Below are positions 39,235 to 50,886 of a DNA stretch of 64,000 nt, piece after piece; positions within the stretch are counted from its first letter, which is position 1; every line of letters begins with the position of its first letter. The position numbers were made by a program, and so were the translations under genes. The notes under the pieces were generated by a model that saw only the letters and a list, made by a program, of their open reading frames with translations, was not told the origin of the DNA and made no database searches. The stretch covers positions 32,586,819 to 32,650,818 of the forward strand of contig JASCQW010000109.1 in the NCBI GenBank assembly GCA_030264375.1, in the 5' to 3' direction. This stretch comes from Carcharhinus longimanus. Taxonomy: Eukaryota.

Positions 39235-39550
39235 ATTGCTACTCGGCTTTTTGGCTAAGATCAAGTGTAGTATGGACATGCTGTACGTGGTTGATGTCAT
39301 AAGATTACATTGTAGCTTCATTTGAAGCAACTTTTTAAAAGCAGCATCTCGGCCTTTTGGCGAAGATGCAAATGAGATCAAGCCTTGGAGAAGGTGCATT
39401 GCCTACTCCAATCAGCTTGGATCATGTGGATCAAGCCCATGACAGGGAGTGAGAGGCCTGTCTTGTCAGCTTGGATCTGGAATGTCTCACTTGCTGACAC
39501 TCTGAACAGGGCTTTGACTGGATTGAATTGGATACATATACAAAAAAAAA
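39235..39550 (+). mobile_element. U2 snRNA-headed retroposed element (candidate snRNA-derived SINE or chimeric retrocopy)
   Basis: 39235-39273 matches U2 nt 1-39 at 36/39. A second U2 piece (nt 4-27, 22/24) lies at 39344-39367. A9 tail at 39542-39550; ATTAGTT direct repeats at 39228-39234 and 39550-39556. Confidence 0.85.
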
Positions 39551-39805
39551 TTAGTTAAGCACACACTTAATGTGCAGTTCTCAAATGCTTTTCCCTTGCA
39601 TTAGGCTAATGTGAATTCCACTATCATAGTTCATGTGCTATGAACATGTATTGTGTAGTAATAAAATAAATTAATAGAAGAACTTGAATTTATNNNNNNN
39701 NNNNNNNNNNNNNNNNNNNNNNNNNNNNNNNNNNNNNNNNNNNNNNNNNNNNNNNNNNNNNNNNNNNNNNNNNNNNNNNNNNNNNNNNNNNNNAATAAAT
39801 TAATA

Positions 39806-40030
39806 GAAGAACTTGAATTTATTTAGCACCCTTCAGGACATCATAATGCAATTTGAAGTGTAGTCATGATATTTTGTAGAGAAGTATAGTCATCAAGTTG
39901 CATGTAGCAAGCTGCCACAAATAACAGTGAATTACATGACCTAAAAATCTGTTTTGGTGGCATGATTTGAGAAATGAATATTGACCTGTGCACTGGAAGA
40001 ATTTCATGCAATGTCCCTTTTTTTCCCAAT
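39806..40030 (-). mobile_element. Decayed SacSINE1/Deu-SINE 3' portion
   Basis: ACTTGAATTTATTTAGCACC..TTTGAAGTGTAGTCA..CCACAAATAACAGTGA..TGACC..AATCTGTTTT..GAATATTGACC is the reverse complement of the Deu-SINE 3' half also seen at 52305-52615. Confidence 0.6.
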
Positions 40031-40442
40031 GTCTCATTTATCTAAGAAGGTGGATGGACTTGAACAATGGTGTCACCAAACTGGTTTATGTTTGGTTTGG
40101 TGTAAGCAGTTGGACCTGTTTTTGCCAAAACTATGGCTTTTTCTTATTTCTCACTCATTGCATAAGTATACGCTAACACTCGATCACCTTGTTGAAATGA
40201 GCATTGGTTTGCTCTCACTTCTCATCTATCAACTTGAGATTGTTGTTATGCTCTAATAGCCTCTGAAATTTCTAGAAGTAATAACAAATCAAACATGGTT
40301 TTCAACTTTGGATGGTCACATGAGTAGTTGCTTCAAGGATTGTATGAATCTTTCAGCTAATCCATTGATTGGTGGATGATCTGGTGCAAATTATATATGC
40401 TGAATACTATTTACTTTGAGATAATTCTCAAACACTTGTGAA

Positions 40443-40795
40443 GGGCGGCATGGCCGCACAGTGGTTAGCACTGCTGCCTTATAGCTCCAGGGACCCGAGT
40501 TCGATTCCAACCTTGGATGAGTGTCTGTGTGGAGTTTGCACATTCTCCCAATGTCTGCTTCGGTTTCTTCTGGGTGATTCAGTTTCCTCCCACTATCCAA
40601 AGATGTACAGATTAGGTGGATTGGGCACGCTAAATTGCACCTTGGTGTCCCAAAATGTGTAAGTTAGAGACATTAGTGGCATAAATACGTGAGGTTATAA
40701 GGAAAGAGTTTGTGTAGGATGGTCTTTTAGAGAGTCGGTGCAGACTTAATGGGCTGAATGGCCTTCTTCTGCACTTTAGGGATCCTGTGATTTTA
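40443..40795 (+). mobile_element. HE1/V-SINE, full length
   Basis: GGGCGGCATGGCCGCACAGTGGTTAGCACTGCTGCC..GAGTTCGATTCC..., with the standard tail. Confidence 0.9.
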
Positions 40796-40984
40796 TGTAA
40801 ACAATGAACCATATTCACGAAAAAGCTTGCAATTTACCAAATCTTGCAATAATTTAATCAAGCTTTTCAACGGTTTGCTCATTTGTAATGGATCACATGA
40901 TGGCACTTTGAATATGACTAAGAACATGTAATTCTCAAAAGATGTGAAGGAGACAAGGGAGGTGTACTTCTTATTTTTGCATAG

Positions 40985-43030
40985 GATTGATACTGTTCCA
41001 TGTTTTCTTCAATCTGAGCATCCAGATCTNNNNNNNNNNNNNNNNNNNNNNNNNNNNNNNNNNNNNNNNNNNNNNNNNNNNNNNNNNNNNNNNNNNNNNN
41101 NNNNNNNNNNNNNNNNNNNNNNNNNNNNNNNNNNNNNNNNNNNNNNNNNNNNNNNNNNNNNNNNNNNNNNNNNNNNNNNNNNNNNNNNNNNNNNNNATTT
41201 CAAATCAGGATGCGTACGATACGTTCCATCTGTCATTCCTTTCAATACAATATCCATCATCTTCCCCATCACAGGATTATTTCTGGTATGTCTCTGATCA
41301 TGATATGCTGTACAGACAAATGATCTAGCAGCGAAAAACAAAGAATATTCACAGTTGGTGGCTCAATAGATAAAGATAATGCAACAGCATTAACATGGGA
41401 CTCTGACTGACAATATCTTCTATTGTAGGAGTGTGCAGATAAGATCAGTAACCATTTTTGCAATCGGCCAGCAGCTAACAATGTTATGCCTTGATACGGC
41501 ACAAAAATAGTAAAGGGTCGATGATCAGTCAGTAATGTGGAATGTCGACCATATAAATAATGATGAAACGTTTGTATGCCAAAAAGTATACTCAATACTT
41601 CTTCTAGCTCAGAATATTTAGATTCAGGACTCGTCAGAGAACATGAAGCAAAAGCAAAAGGTTGTTCTCCTGAAGTGATAATATGTGAAACTACTATCCC
41701 TACTCCATAAGGTGAAGTGCCACAAGCAAGCAGGAAGATAACTTCGGATTAAAATGAACCAATACTTCAGGTGCTGCAAAGCATCTTTAACATCCTTGTA
41801 TGATTTCTCATATTCTGTTGTCTAGTCCCATACACGCATAGTTACAATATTGAAGGCATTGCATAATTTGTGAAGTTAGGAACAAATTTGTCATAATAAT
41901 TTATTGATCCTAGACATTTGTCAGACACAGTTCTTCTCAAGTACTTCCCTCTTTGTACATGCTTTATGCAGGCCTTTACCATCAATAATATGACCCAACT
42001 ACTGGACTGACGTCCAGAAAAAGTTGCACTTTCTTGCTTCATATGCATACCATGTGCTGAATGACATTCTACTTTTGCTCCTAAATTGTTCAAGTGTGCT
42101 TGTAATTAGAATATAATCCAGGGAACATTATATACCAGAGAGACCGCTTAAAACCTGATCCATTGATCTTTGGAATAGGGCTAGTGCATATGTTATTCCA
42201 AAAGGCAATCTTTTATAATGAGAAAGGCCTTTATGAGTAACAATGGTTAGCAGTTGTTGAGATTCCATGGCTACACTTATCTGTAAGTATGCTTGTGAAA
42301 GATCAATCTTGTTGAATTTGTGCCCACCTGTTAACTTAGCAATAAACTTCCAATTAAAAGAAGCAGATATTAATTAGTATACAACACTGGGTTCCTTCAG
42401 TGGAACCTGAACCATTCCATGATGTTCAGTGGCTTTGGAGAATAATGCTGTTTAAGGATCTTTGATGAGTTCTCATTGGTTTTGCTTCCTGGCCTTGCAG
42501 GATGAACCAAGTTCCAGAGTAAATTAGAGGTTTTATTTCCCATGGTACTGATGAAAGCTGATACAAGCAATTTGTTTGCTTGTACAAAGTAACTGTGCTC
42601 TGCATAGGAACTCCATGATTCATTTTCTTTATTGAAAGGACCTATGGATCTTAATTGATCCACCATTTCTCTTGCAGGCACTAGTGACTTAAGGCTGCTC
42701 AGTGTATGTATGTACTGTCAACCCAGTACTCTCCTTTTCACCCTGGAGACTGTTGACTTAATCAAGGCCCAAGCAGTACAGCAAAGCATCCCTTCTTTTC
42801 AAATACGCCAGATAACGCCTGGAATCTCTCTTCACTGATTAAAATATCCTCTCTTTTGAAACCACACAAAATTTTTTTTCTTACTGGCCCTTCAAGCTTT
42901 AATCTTATGTTGATTTTCCTCAGTTTTCTAATATTCAAAAGGCAAGGACCCACAATGTTTTATTCTCTACTTAGGATCTTCTCTCCATGTTCTCGATGAA
43001 ATACAATCCAGATTCATAGCCAACTTTCTC
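40985..43030 (-). mobile_element. Decayed Ty3/Gypsy LTR retrotransposon internal region (gag-pol)
   Basis: Minus-strand fragments: gag-like IGPFNKENESWSSYAE..HYSPKPL...FRFH; RT (FNKIDLSQAYLQ, LPFGI); RNase H (SILFGIQTFHHYLYGRHSTLLTDHRP..RLQKW..ILSAHSY...HVNAVALS); RNNPVM. Confidence 0.85.
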
Positions 43031-43038
43031 TTTATAAT

Positions 43039-43262
43039 GTTCTAACTATGTTTGGGGTTGTGACTTTTAAACAAAAAGAAAAATACTTGATTTGCACACG
43101 TTGATTCAAAGTAACACATGACAGGTTTATTGAAAGAGATATTTTCCGCACAGAATAGAAAAATGAAACTAAACAGCAGTGTGTGAAACACTCTAATGAC
43201 ATCACCATCATGTCATGTGATCAGCTTTTAAAGCAATTATGCAGCCACTTAAATATATAACA
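43039..43262 (-). repeat. Possible 5' LTR of the Gypsy remnant
   Basis: TGTT...AACA termini, AATAAA on the minus strand, and a TGGCTATGA PBS-like sequence just inside. No matching second LTR was found. Confidence 0.35.
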
Positions 43263-43971
43263 ATAGTCATGGCTGACAGTTACAAATCATCAACCAGAAA
43301 TTGTTCCTAGTACAGTATCAAGGAGCCATAAATTTATTGCTCCATTGATTATTGAGACCTACTGTCGCAATCACCATGGAAACTGGTAACATTTAAAAAT
43401 AAATTTGAACTTTCTGTTAATAACGGAAAAAAAATGCACCAGCATTTCACATTTTAAAGATTTTTCCTTTGACAAATGATTAAAAATGCTATAATACTTT
43501 AAACCACGAAGGGAATGTTTCTTTCTTACATTAATCACATATTGTGACACAATTACAGTCCTTGGAGCAAACAGTCCAAAGTCAATTTCAGCTTCCAGTG
43601 GGTTCACCATTTTCTATTTCACTGGGAAATAATTTTGAGTGACTATCTCCCAGTGTTGCCCTCAGTTTTTAAAGAGTTCCATAAATTCACCACCAGCAGT
43701 AAAGCCTGCTCCAATGATTCTACTTTTTTCCAGATCTGAATTGTGTNNNNNNNNNNNNNNNNNNNNNNNNNNNNNNNNNNNNNNNNNNNNNNNNNNNNNN
43801 NNNNNNNNNNNNNNNNNNNNNNNNNNNNNNNNNNNNNNNNNNNNNNGTCCCAATTATTGATACATTCCAACACACTGAACCTAACTAGAAGGGAAGGTAA
43901 GATAACAATGAATCGCTATCTCTTTCAAAAAACTAACACTCAGGTTTGGCTGGTCTTTTTACATATGTTTA

Positions 43972-44392
43972 AATTTTATTTATTAGTGTCACAAGTAGCC
44001 CTACATTAACACTGCAATGAAGTTACTGTGAAAATCCTCTAGTCGCCACACTCCACACCTGTTTGAGTACACTGAGGGAGAAATTAGTATGTCTAACTTG
44101 ATATTATTATCCTAATAATCCCCATGACACAAAGGGGGAATTTAGTATGTCCAACTCTATATCTTTACCCTAATAATCCCCATTGACAACAAGGTACAAT
44201 TTAGCATGGTCAATGCATCTAATCAGCATGTATTTTGGATTGTGGGAGGAAACCAGAACACCTGAAAGAAAACCACGCAGACATGGGGAGAACATGCAGA
44301 CTTCACACAGACAGTGACCCAAGCCAGGAGTCGAACCGAGGTCCCTGACACTGTGAGGCAGCAGTGCTAACCATTATGCCACTGTGCCACCT
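43972..44392 (-). mobile_element. HE1/V-SINE alternative-tail subfamily with internal tandem duplication
   Basis: Complete head and central domain, two extra ~58-bp units at 44082-44197, and the same tail as 1906-2010. Confidence 0.85.
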
Positions 44393-44679
44393 TCCTACGC
44401 ACTGACTTTCTGCTGCTGCATAATTGTGTTGACGTAGCTAACTAACATCCACCAATATTTACATGGGCAGCACTAGCTAAACCAAGCATGACCTGCTGAA
44501 GTGGTTCTCCTCCTCCTTCTGTGAAATGCTGCCTATCTTAGCAGAGGCAGGTAAGATTTTCATGACTTATTGCAGCATCATTACCTGCGATTTATTCACA
44601 ATTTCTCTTTTTGTATTCAGAAGCAGTTACTGTGGAAGAGGTGCTGTTTTATGACCCTTTCTGCATTTGATCTTTGCAG

Positions 44680-44711
<32 letters not shown>

Positions 44712-44714
44712 GCG
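44680..44714. repeat. (GT)n microsatellite
   Basis: Directly visible. Confidence 0.95.
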
Positions 44715-45892
44715 CAAGGGAGGGGTACAAACTAGTGAATCAATCCTTATCCTGTATGGGACTGCAGCATCTTTACTTAATGCTATTTTCATTAGCTCAT
44801 TGCATCGTGCTAAGAAACAGTAAACTGGTACTACAATCTGACTGATGTTTTTCTGCTGCGTTCTAGTGGGAGTCCATTATTCCTTCTGGAAACAAGATCT
44901 GGAAGCTAGAGTCTCTCCAGGACTTGAAATGCAAGCTTGTCAGTCACAGATTCTGCCCCCAGTCTGTCCTTTGGAAAAGGATGGCAAGTTGATTTGCTAC
45001 TGAATTTTTAAAAAATGTATTTCGTTCATGATATTGATGCTACTACTGCTAAATGACTGCTGTATAATTTTATAAACAAAGAACATGCTGTCTCCCAGCA
45101 ACTAGAGAGCATCAGCAGGAGGAATGAAGAATTTACATGCCAACAAAACATCTGGATTTCCCTAACTGTACTTCAGATCTAGAAGAGGACTTCAAGGTTG
45201 GCCGACAGCTCTCTCATGTAGGAGGCATTGCCTTCTGATGGAGGGGGCGGGAGTCCTATCTGAAGACACTTAACACTCATTCAAGTATGTAATGATGGTG
45301 GGACACTCGAGTGGAAATGGATATGTTCTTCCGAATGGGTGGGGAAAGAGTGAAATCTCACCATCCAAAAAATTCAGGTCATTAAGCTATTTTAGAGCCA
45401 AAGAAAATGAGCATATGTGGCCCTTCTTTTCATTATGCATTTATTTTAATTAGTTCCCTCGCCCGAACTTCCACGTGCACAGCTCATCCGGTTGAATGGC
45501 TATACAATTTAATTTAACAGACGTCCTTGGCCAATATTTTCTATTTCCCTAATGCTATCTGTCAACCTGATGACAAGATAGAGAAGATGATGAATTAAAC
45601 ACCATTTCTTGTGAATGTACAGCATATCTGTGCAGCTTTTCGCAATAAAGTCTATTTCAAAATTAATTTATCAGTCAAGTCACCTTAATCACTGGGTGAA
45701 AAATTGGGATCATTACCTCCATTTTCTGGGTGATTCGAGTGCCCTTGGAGCTCCATCATCTGCAGCATTCTCCAATGCTGAGCATCAGTTTGAGTGTGAC
45801 AGACACCCCAAAGATTCTAGCACTTCTGCATCTTCCTACTCATCCAGATGGCCACACAGCTACTGTTCTGAACTCAGTGTTAACATCCTGGA

Positions 45893-46210
45893 TCATAGAA
45901 TCCCTACAGTGCAAAAAGAGGCCATTCAGACCATCAAGTCTGCACTGACAACAATTCCACCCAGGTCATATCCCTGTAAACCCACGTATTTACCTAGCTA
46001 ATCTCCCTGACACAAAGAGGCAATTTAGCAAGGCCAGTTAACCTAACCCTCACATCTTTGGATTGTGGGAGAAAAACCGGGGCACCCAGAAGAAACCCAC
46101 GCAGACACAGGGAGAATGTGCAAATTCCACACAGAAAGTGACCTAAGCCAGGAATCGAACCCAGGTCCCTGGTGCTGTGAGGCAGCAGTGCTTGGCACTG
46201 TGCTGCCCAC
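45893..46210 (-). mobile_element. HE1/V-SINE, full length
   Basis: Colinear with the other copies; B box GGTTCGATTCC. Confidence 0.9.
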
Positions 46211-47959
46211 TATTAGTGTGTCAGCTATCCTTGTTTCATCAAGGACATCCTCACTGAAATCTACCAACTGCTGAAGTCACAATTGCAGCCTTAGAGCAGG
46301 GTAAGCACAGCATCACCAGTGGTTGTGACAGTGTGGCTGTAAACATGTGTACAATTGGTTCCTTTCAGACGAGTTCAGGTAAAACTTGCAAAATCTCCCA
46401 GTTTGCATAAAAACAGATACTGAGGCTCTGTATTCCAGGAATGTTGTATATATTCCATAATTTCTTGCCAGAAGGAAGCAGGTGGATGGAGCACACAGAT
46501 TCATGAGCACTACAGTCTTTCCTATGGTGTAGGCAGCCAGTGACTGCATGCATGGTGCTCCACAACTGCCACATGTCAACTCTTCAATATACTGCAGCAG
46601 AAAGAGATTCCACCCCCTCAACATCTTGTCAGTGTGCAACCATGCGCAGCACATTAAGCAGATCAATGACCTTATCCTGGCAGCAGGCTTGATGCCTTCA
46701 TTCTGTGGTAGTCCTCTGCAACACTTGTGTTTGAACCAGCAGAGGACTACCAGTGTTTGAACCATGAACACATGGATCACGACTCCAGTGCGCAATCCAC
46801 TCACAATGGAGCCACAGACTGTGTAAATAGAAATGACTGGACAGTATATTTGGCAGCTTATTTCTGCTGCCTGACTTTCCTTAGCAAAAATGTGTTAGAT
46901 TATAAAAGAGTAACCTGATTTATTCAATACTTTAGGCTTGTACTGCACATTGTTTTTGGAAAAATTAATGCTGCCATCCTCTTAATATTATTGAGAACCA
47001 ATAACGTTTGTATAATTGCAAAACATTGCCCAAGGTACATATGCCCTAAATCATTCTGAATGCAACTGAGTGAGGAGGAATTATAAGTTCCTTACACTGT
47101 TCAGTCCAAATTGGGAATGTTCCTTTGTTTCTAGTCTTAAGGTGAACGAGGTAAGTATTTTAATCAGTCCATAATGTGCACATTTTAAAGGAACAGTTGA
47201 GTTTCCAAAACATTGTCTAGCATTTTACCACCATTCACACCAGTGGGATTTTCCCATCCTGCCACGGTGAACAGAGATTTGGCTGACCACAAAATTCTCT
47301 GACCTCACTGCCTGTACAGCAAATCCCATTTAGATTGTGATGTAGCAGCAGTACCGCAGCTTGCCTGGTCAATAGATCACGTGGGGCCGCCAGTTTGTAA
47401 AAGTGAGTAGCCAGGAATCCACTGGTCTATGACGTGGTTTAGAATAGCACCAACAGTGCAGGCTCCATTTCTGTTCCAGCTGGGGTAGAGTTGGGACCTG
47501 TCTTCTCACTTGCTCCATATTTGTTGCCAAGTATTTGTGCCCCTCAGCTATGTAACCGATTGTCTCTCTCCAGCAGAGAGAAAGATGCCTACAGTTCCTC
47601 GTGGAATATGGCTAATTACCTGCCTATTATCGGGGATACTAAATTGGCTTATTTGAATCAGTGGCTATATAGTTGGTGTGATTAAGGTACTGTCATTTTG
47701 CTGTCAAGTTGATGGTTTTAATAAGAGCACAGATTTCATTGTTAATAGGCATTTATGTTAATAAAAATTTAGACAAAAATTAAATGCTTAATTTATTTGA
47801 CAGAAAACTAAATCATTTTAGATAAATAATATATTTAGATAATATGACATGAAAGGACGAATAACTTAATATGTGGTCATATTACATAATACTTAGTGAC
47901 GCCAGCTGGATTATATGCATTTCAGAAAGCAGTTTAAAATATATTTGACAAACCCCAAA

Positions 47960-48545
47960 AGCATTGACCCTCCTGCCCCCAACCCTCCTTTTCCCCCACC
48001 CTCCTGACCTTCCTGACCCTGTGCCTTCTGCTCCCTCACCTTCCTGCCCTTCACCGTCCTGCCGCTCATCCTCCTGTCCTCTGAACTTCCCGTTCACGAA
48101 TCCACCCCTCTGTTGATCCTCCTGCTCATTGCCCATTCTACTATCCAACACTTCAGTGTGCTCATTTGCCCAATCGTTGACCTTCCTGCTTGCTGCCCAA
48201 CCCTCTTGCTCCTTAGCACTCCCGCTCGCTGCTTCACTCCATGACCCTCCCACTCATAGCTCCTCTCATTCCCTGGCTGTCATTCTTCCTCTCCCAGTCC
48301 CTCTTAGCCCTTGTTGTCACTGAGCATTTGGAAGAGGAAAATGACAAGCGAGAGGGAATGGAAGAGAGAAGTGATAAGGAGGAGAGGCAGGGTTGGGTAC
48401 AAGGAAAGTTGGTGAGCAGGAGAGCGGGAGAGGTGGCAAGTAGGAGTATTAGAGAATGGGATGAGCAACAAGCGGCAAGATTGATGAACAGTAGGATAGG
48501 GGAGTGGGAGAGGTAGTGTGTGTGGAGGTAAGTAGAAAGAGTTAA
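47960..48545. repeat. Pyrimidine-rich/purine-rich degenerate foldback region
   Basis: C/T-rich 47960-48320 switches abruptly to G/A-rich 48325-48540, with partly complementary words (GCTCAT..CCCATTCT / AGAATGGGATGAGC; CCCAACCCT / AGGGTTGGG). Confidence 0.5.
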
Positions 48546-50065
48546 CGTACTTTTATTTTGAAAGTCATTACAAATAGAATAATTTAGGAATGTACAGTAT
48601 TTCAGCTTAGAGGGTGAAATGTTTCAATGTTTGTTTCTGACAAGTAAGTTCCTACAGAACCACAGCTTTTGCATTGGTTAAAATGGGAAAAAATGATTCG
48701 CTTAACATTATTTCATTTAATATTGCTCTTCTCAGGAATATAACTACAACCTTAAGCACGGAATTGCTGTTTGAGAAAAAGGAAACCAGTAAACTGAGTG
48801 TAATGACTTTAATCAGGCAGTTGAGGTTGGCCTGTTACAATATGAACTCCCTGATTAAGGGCCAAATTAATGAGCCAATCAGGGAGCCTCTTGCTTTGTA
48901 CTTAGCCGGGAGTGTTGGTTCCTCTGGAACTCCTAGTATGGACTGCTAACTGAAAGTACTCTGTGTGCTGTTAGCAGACTTGAAAAAAGAGGGATCTTGG
49001 TGAAGGAACTTCTGCCTCTGAGGACTTATTACACTGAGGGTCAAATTTTAGCCAAGATATCTAATTACAAAAGAGCATTGCTTCAAAACTGTTGTGCCAT
49101 TGTATTGTGTCATGCAGTCTTCCCATTCTCTAAATGTAGTATTGTTGTGATCTTTGACCACCTTCAGGCATTGAGCTGTCCCACTGGCTACCCCTCAAGC
49201 TGCCTCTGCTTGATACCTTTGCAGACAGATGCAGTGTGTCAATTTAAATATTTGAGATAATGCAAACCAATTCTATTCAAAACTGCTTTGGGGGATGTGC
49301 GGATGTATTCTTCCCAACCATTTGTGTTTCAGGTTTGAGAGTTCTACCTCAGGGGCCAAAAAATAATGCAGTGTAAACCCAGAGCAAGAAACCAAACCAC
49401 AGGAGGATAAGCTGCATCATTTCAAAAATCATAAGCCACAAACAAAGAAACATGAGGGACGTGAAACAAATTACTTTGTCGAAGGCAATTTATCCTTCTG
49501 ATTATCTAAGTATCATATCATTGCACTGTAGACTTTGAAGTCCTATGTCAGAATGAGGTGATTACTTTGTTGTAATTTTCCACATTTAATGCCAAATTAT
49601 GCACCATTGTACCTTTTAATGTCATTCTTCTTTTCTGCTTCTTCAGCAGGGATTGTTTATCTTGAATTTCAAAAAGAACTTGATAAAATGTCACATGAGA
49701 AACCTTTGGTCAAAGTAAAAACCATTATTATACTGGAGAAAGTAATAAATTGAATAATACATAAAATAGAATAGTTCACGCTACTGGATATCATATGACC
49801 TAGATTTAATGATAGGTCAAAGGCATTTGTCATCTAAGTTCACCTTCTGTACTAAAAATGTTTTGTCTACCATATGTTTTCAACATAATTCCTTCATGAT
49901 TTTAATGATTCCCTCTTCCTCAATGTTCACTTATTGCTTCCATCTAAGTTGTTTCTCTTGTATACCATCTTGCTTTTCACTTAGCTTTTAAAACATAAGA
50001 GCTAAAAAAGCGAATAGATCAAGGGCGATATTCAAGTTAAGAGCCACTTATTAATAAATAATGCA

Positions 50066-50432
50066 GGCAGCATAGTGGTGCAGTGGTTAGCACTGCTGCC
50101 GCACAGCATCGGGAACCCAGGTTCTATTCCTGCCTTACCTAACTGTTTGTGGAGTTTGCACATTTTCCCCTGTGTCTGTGTGGGTTTCCTTCTGGTGCTT
50201 TGGTTTCCTCCCACAGTCCGACGATGCGCAGTTTAGATGGACTGGCCATGCTAAGTTGCCTCTTAGTATCCAAAGGGGTGTGTGTGTGTGTGTGCGCGTG
50301 TGCATGCGTGGTTAGGGGGATTAGCGGGGTGAATGTGTGAGGATAAGGAACTGGGTGGGATACTCTGTCAAAGAGTCGGTGTGAACTCAATGGGCCAAAT
50401 GGCCTCCTTCTGCACTATACTGATTCTATGAA
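50066..50432 (+). mobile_element. HE1/V-SINE with internal (GT)n
   Basis: Full head, central domain and tail; GT run at about 50278-50310. Confidence 0.9.
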
Positions 50433-50886
50433 TATAACAGTAATTGAGCTCATAAATTTACCCTTTTCACAGAAAATCAAACAGTTGTGAAATTGGAAGA
50501 AAGCATATTGGAGTAAGAATTCAGGAGCTCATACTGAACAGCAAAATGCATGAAACAGATGGACCGAGGCTGATCCCAAATTGGTTGCAGGCTTCCTCTT
50601 GATAACTGAAGTGGTTGCTGATGCATGACAGGTTAGGGGTTGCTTATCCCAATAGCCCTGTACAATTTGGAGTGCTTGCCTTGTCCAAAACAGAACCAGG
50701 ATAAGGCCTGGAAGTGTGGGAATGGGGTAGAACAAGAGGAGTGGAGCAACTGTGGCCCTGCTGTGGCTTCAGAATCCTCTCAGCTGTATAGGAGACTAAG
50801 TAAAGGAGAAATATTTTTTGATATCAAGTCCACATTAGTCCACAATAATGCGACCAACATCTGAGCAAAGTAAATTGGAAGTTACT

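Noticed and set aside
39235-39273. Functional U2 snRNA gene
   Set aside because: Only nt 1-39 are present; there is no Sm site or 3' stem-loops, and the context is a retroposed insertion with TSD and poly(A).
39666-39822. Direct repeat ATAAATTAATAGAAGAACTTGAATTTAT on both sides of an N run
   Set aside because: Most likely an unmerged contig overlap, i.e. an assembly artefact.
46548-46760. Possible further Myb-like Harbinger remnant (..HIKQINDLILAA)
   Set aside because: The similarity is too short and degenerate to support.
48325-48400. EEENDK..KEERQ peptide as the next complexin exon
   Set aside because: This is low-complexity purine-rich DNA with no ATKDMGKMLGG and no suitable acceptor.
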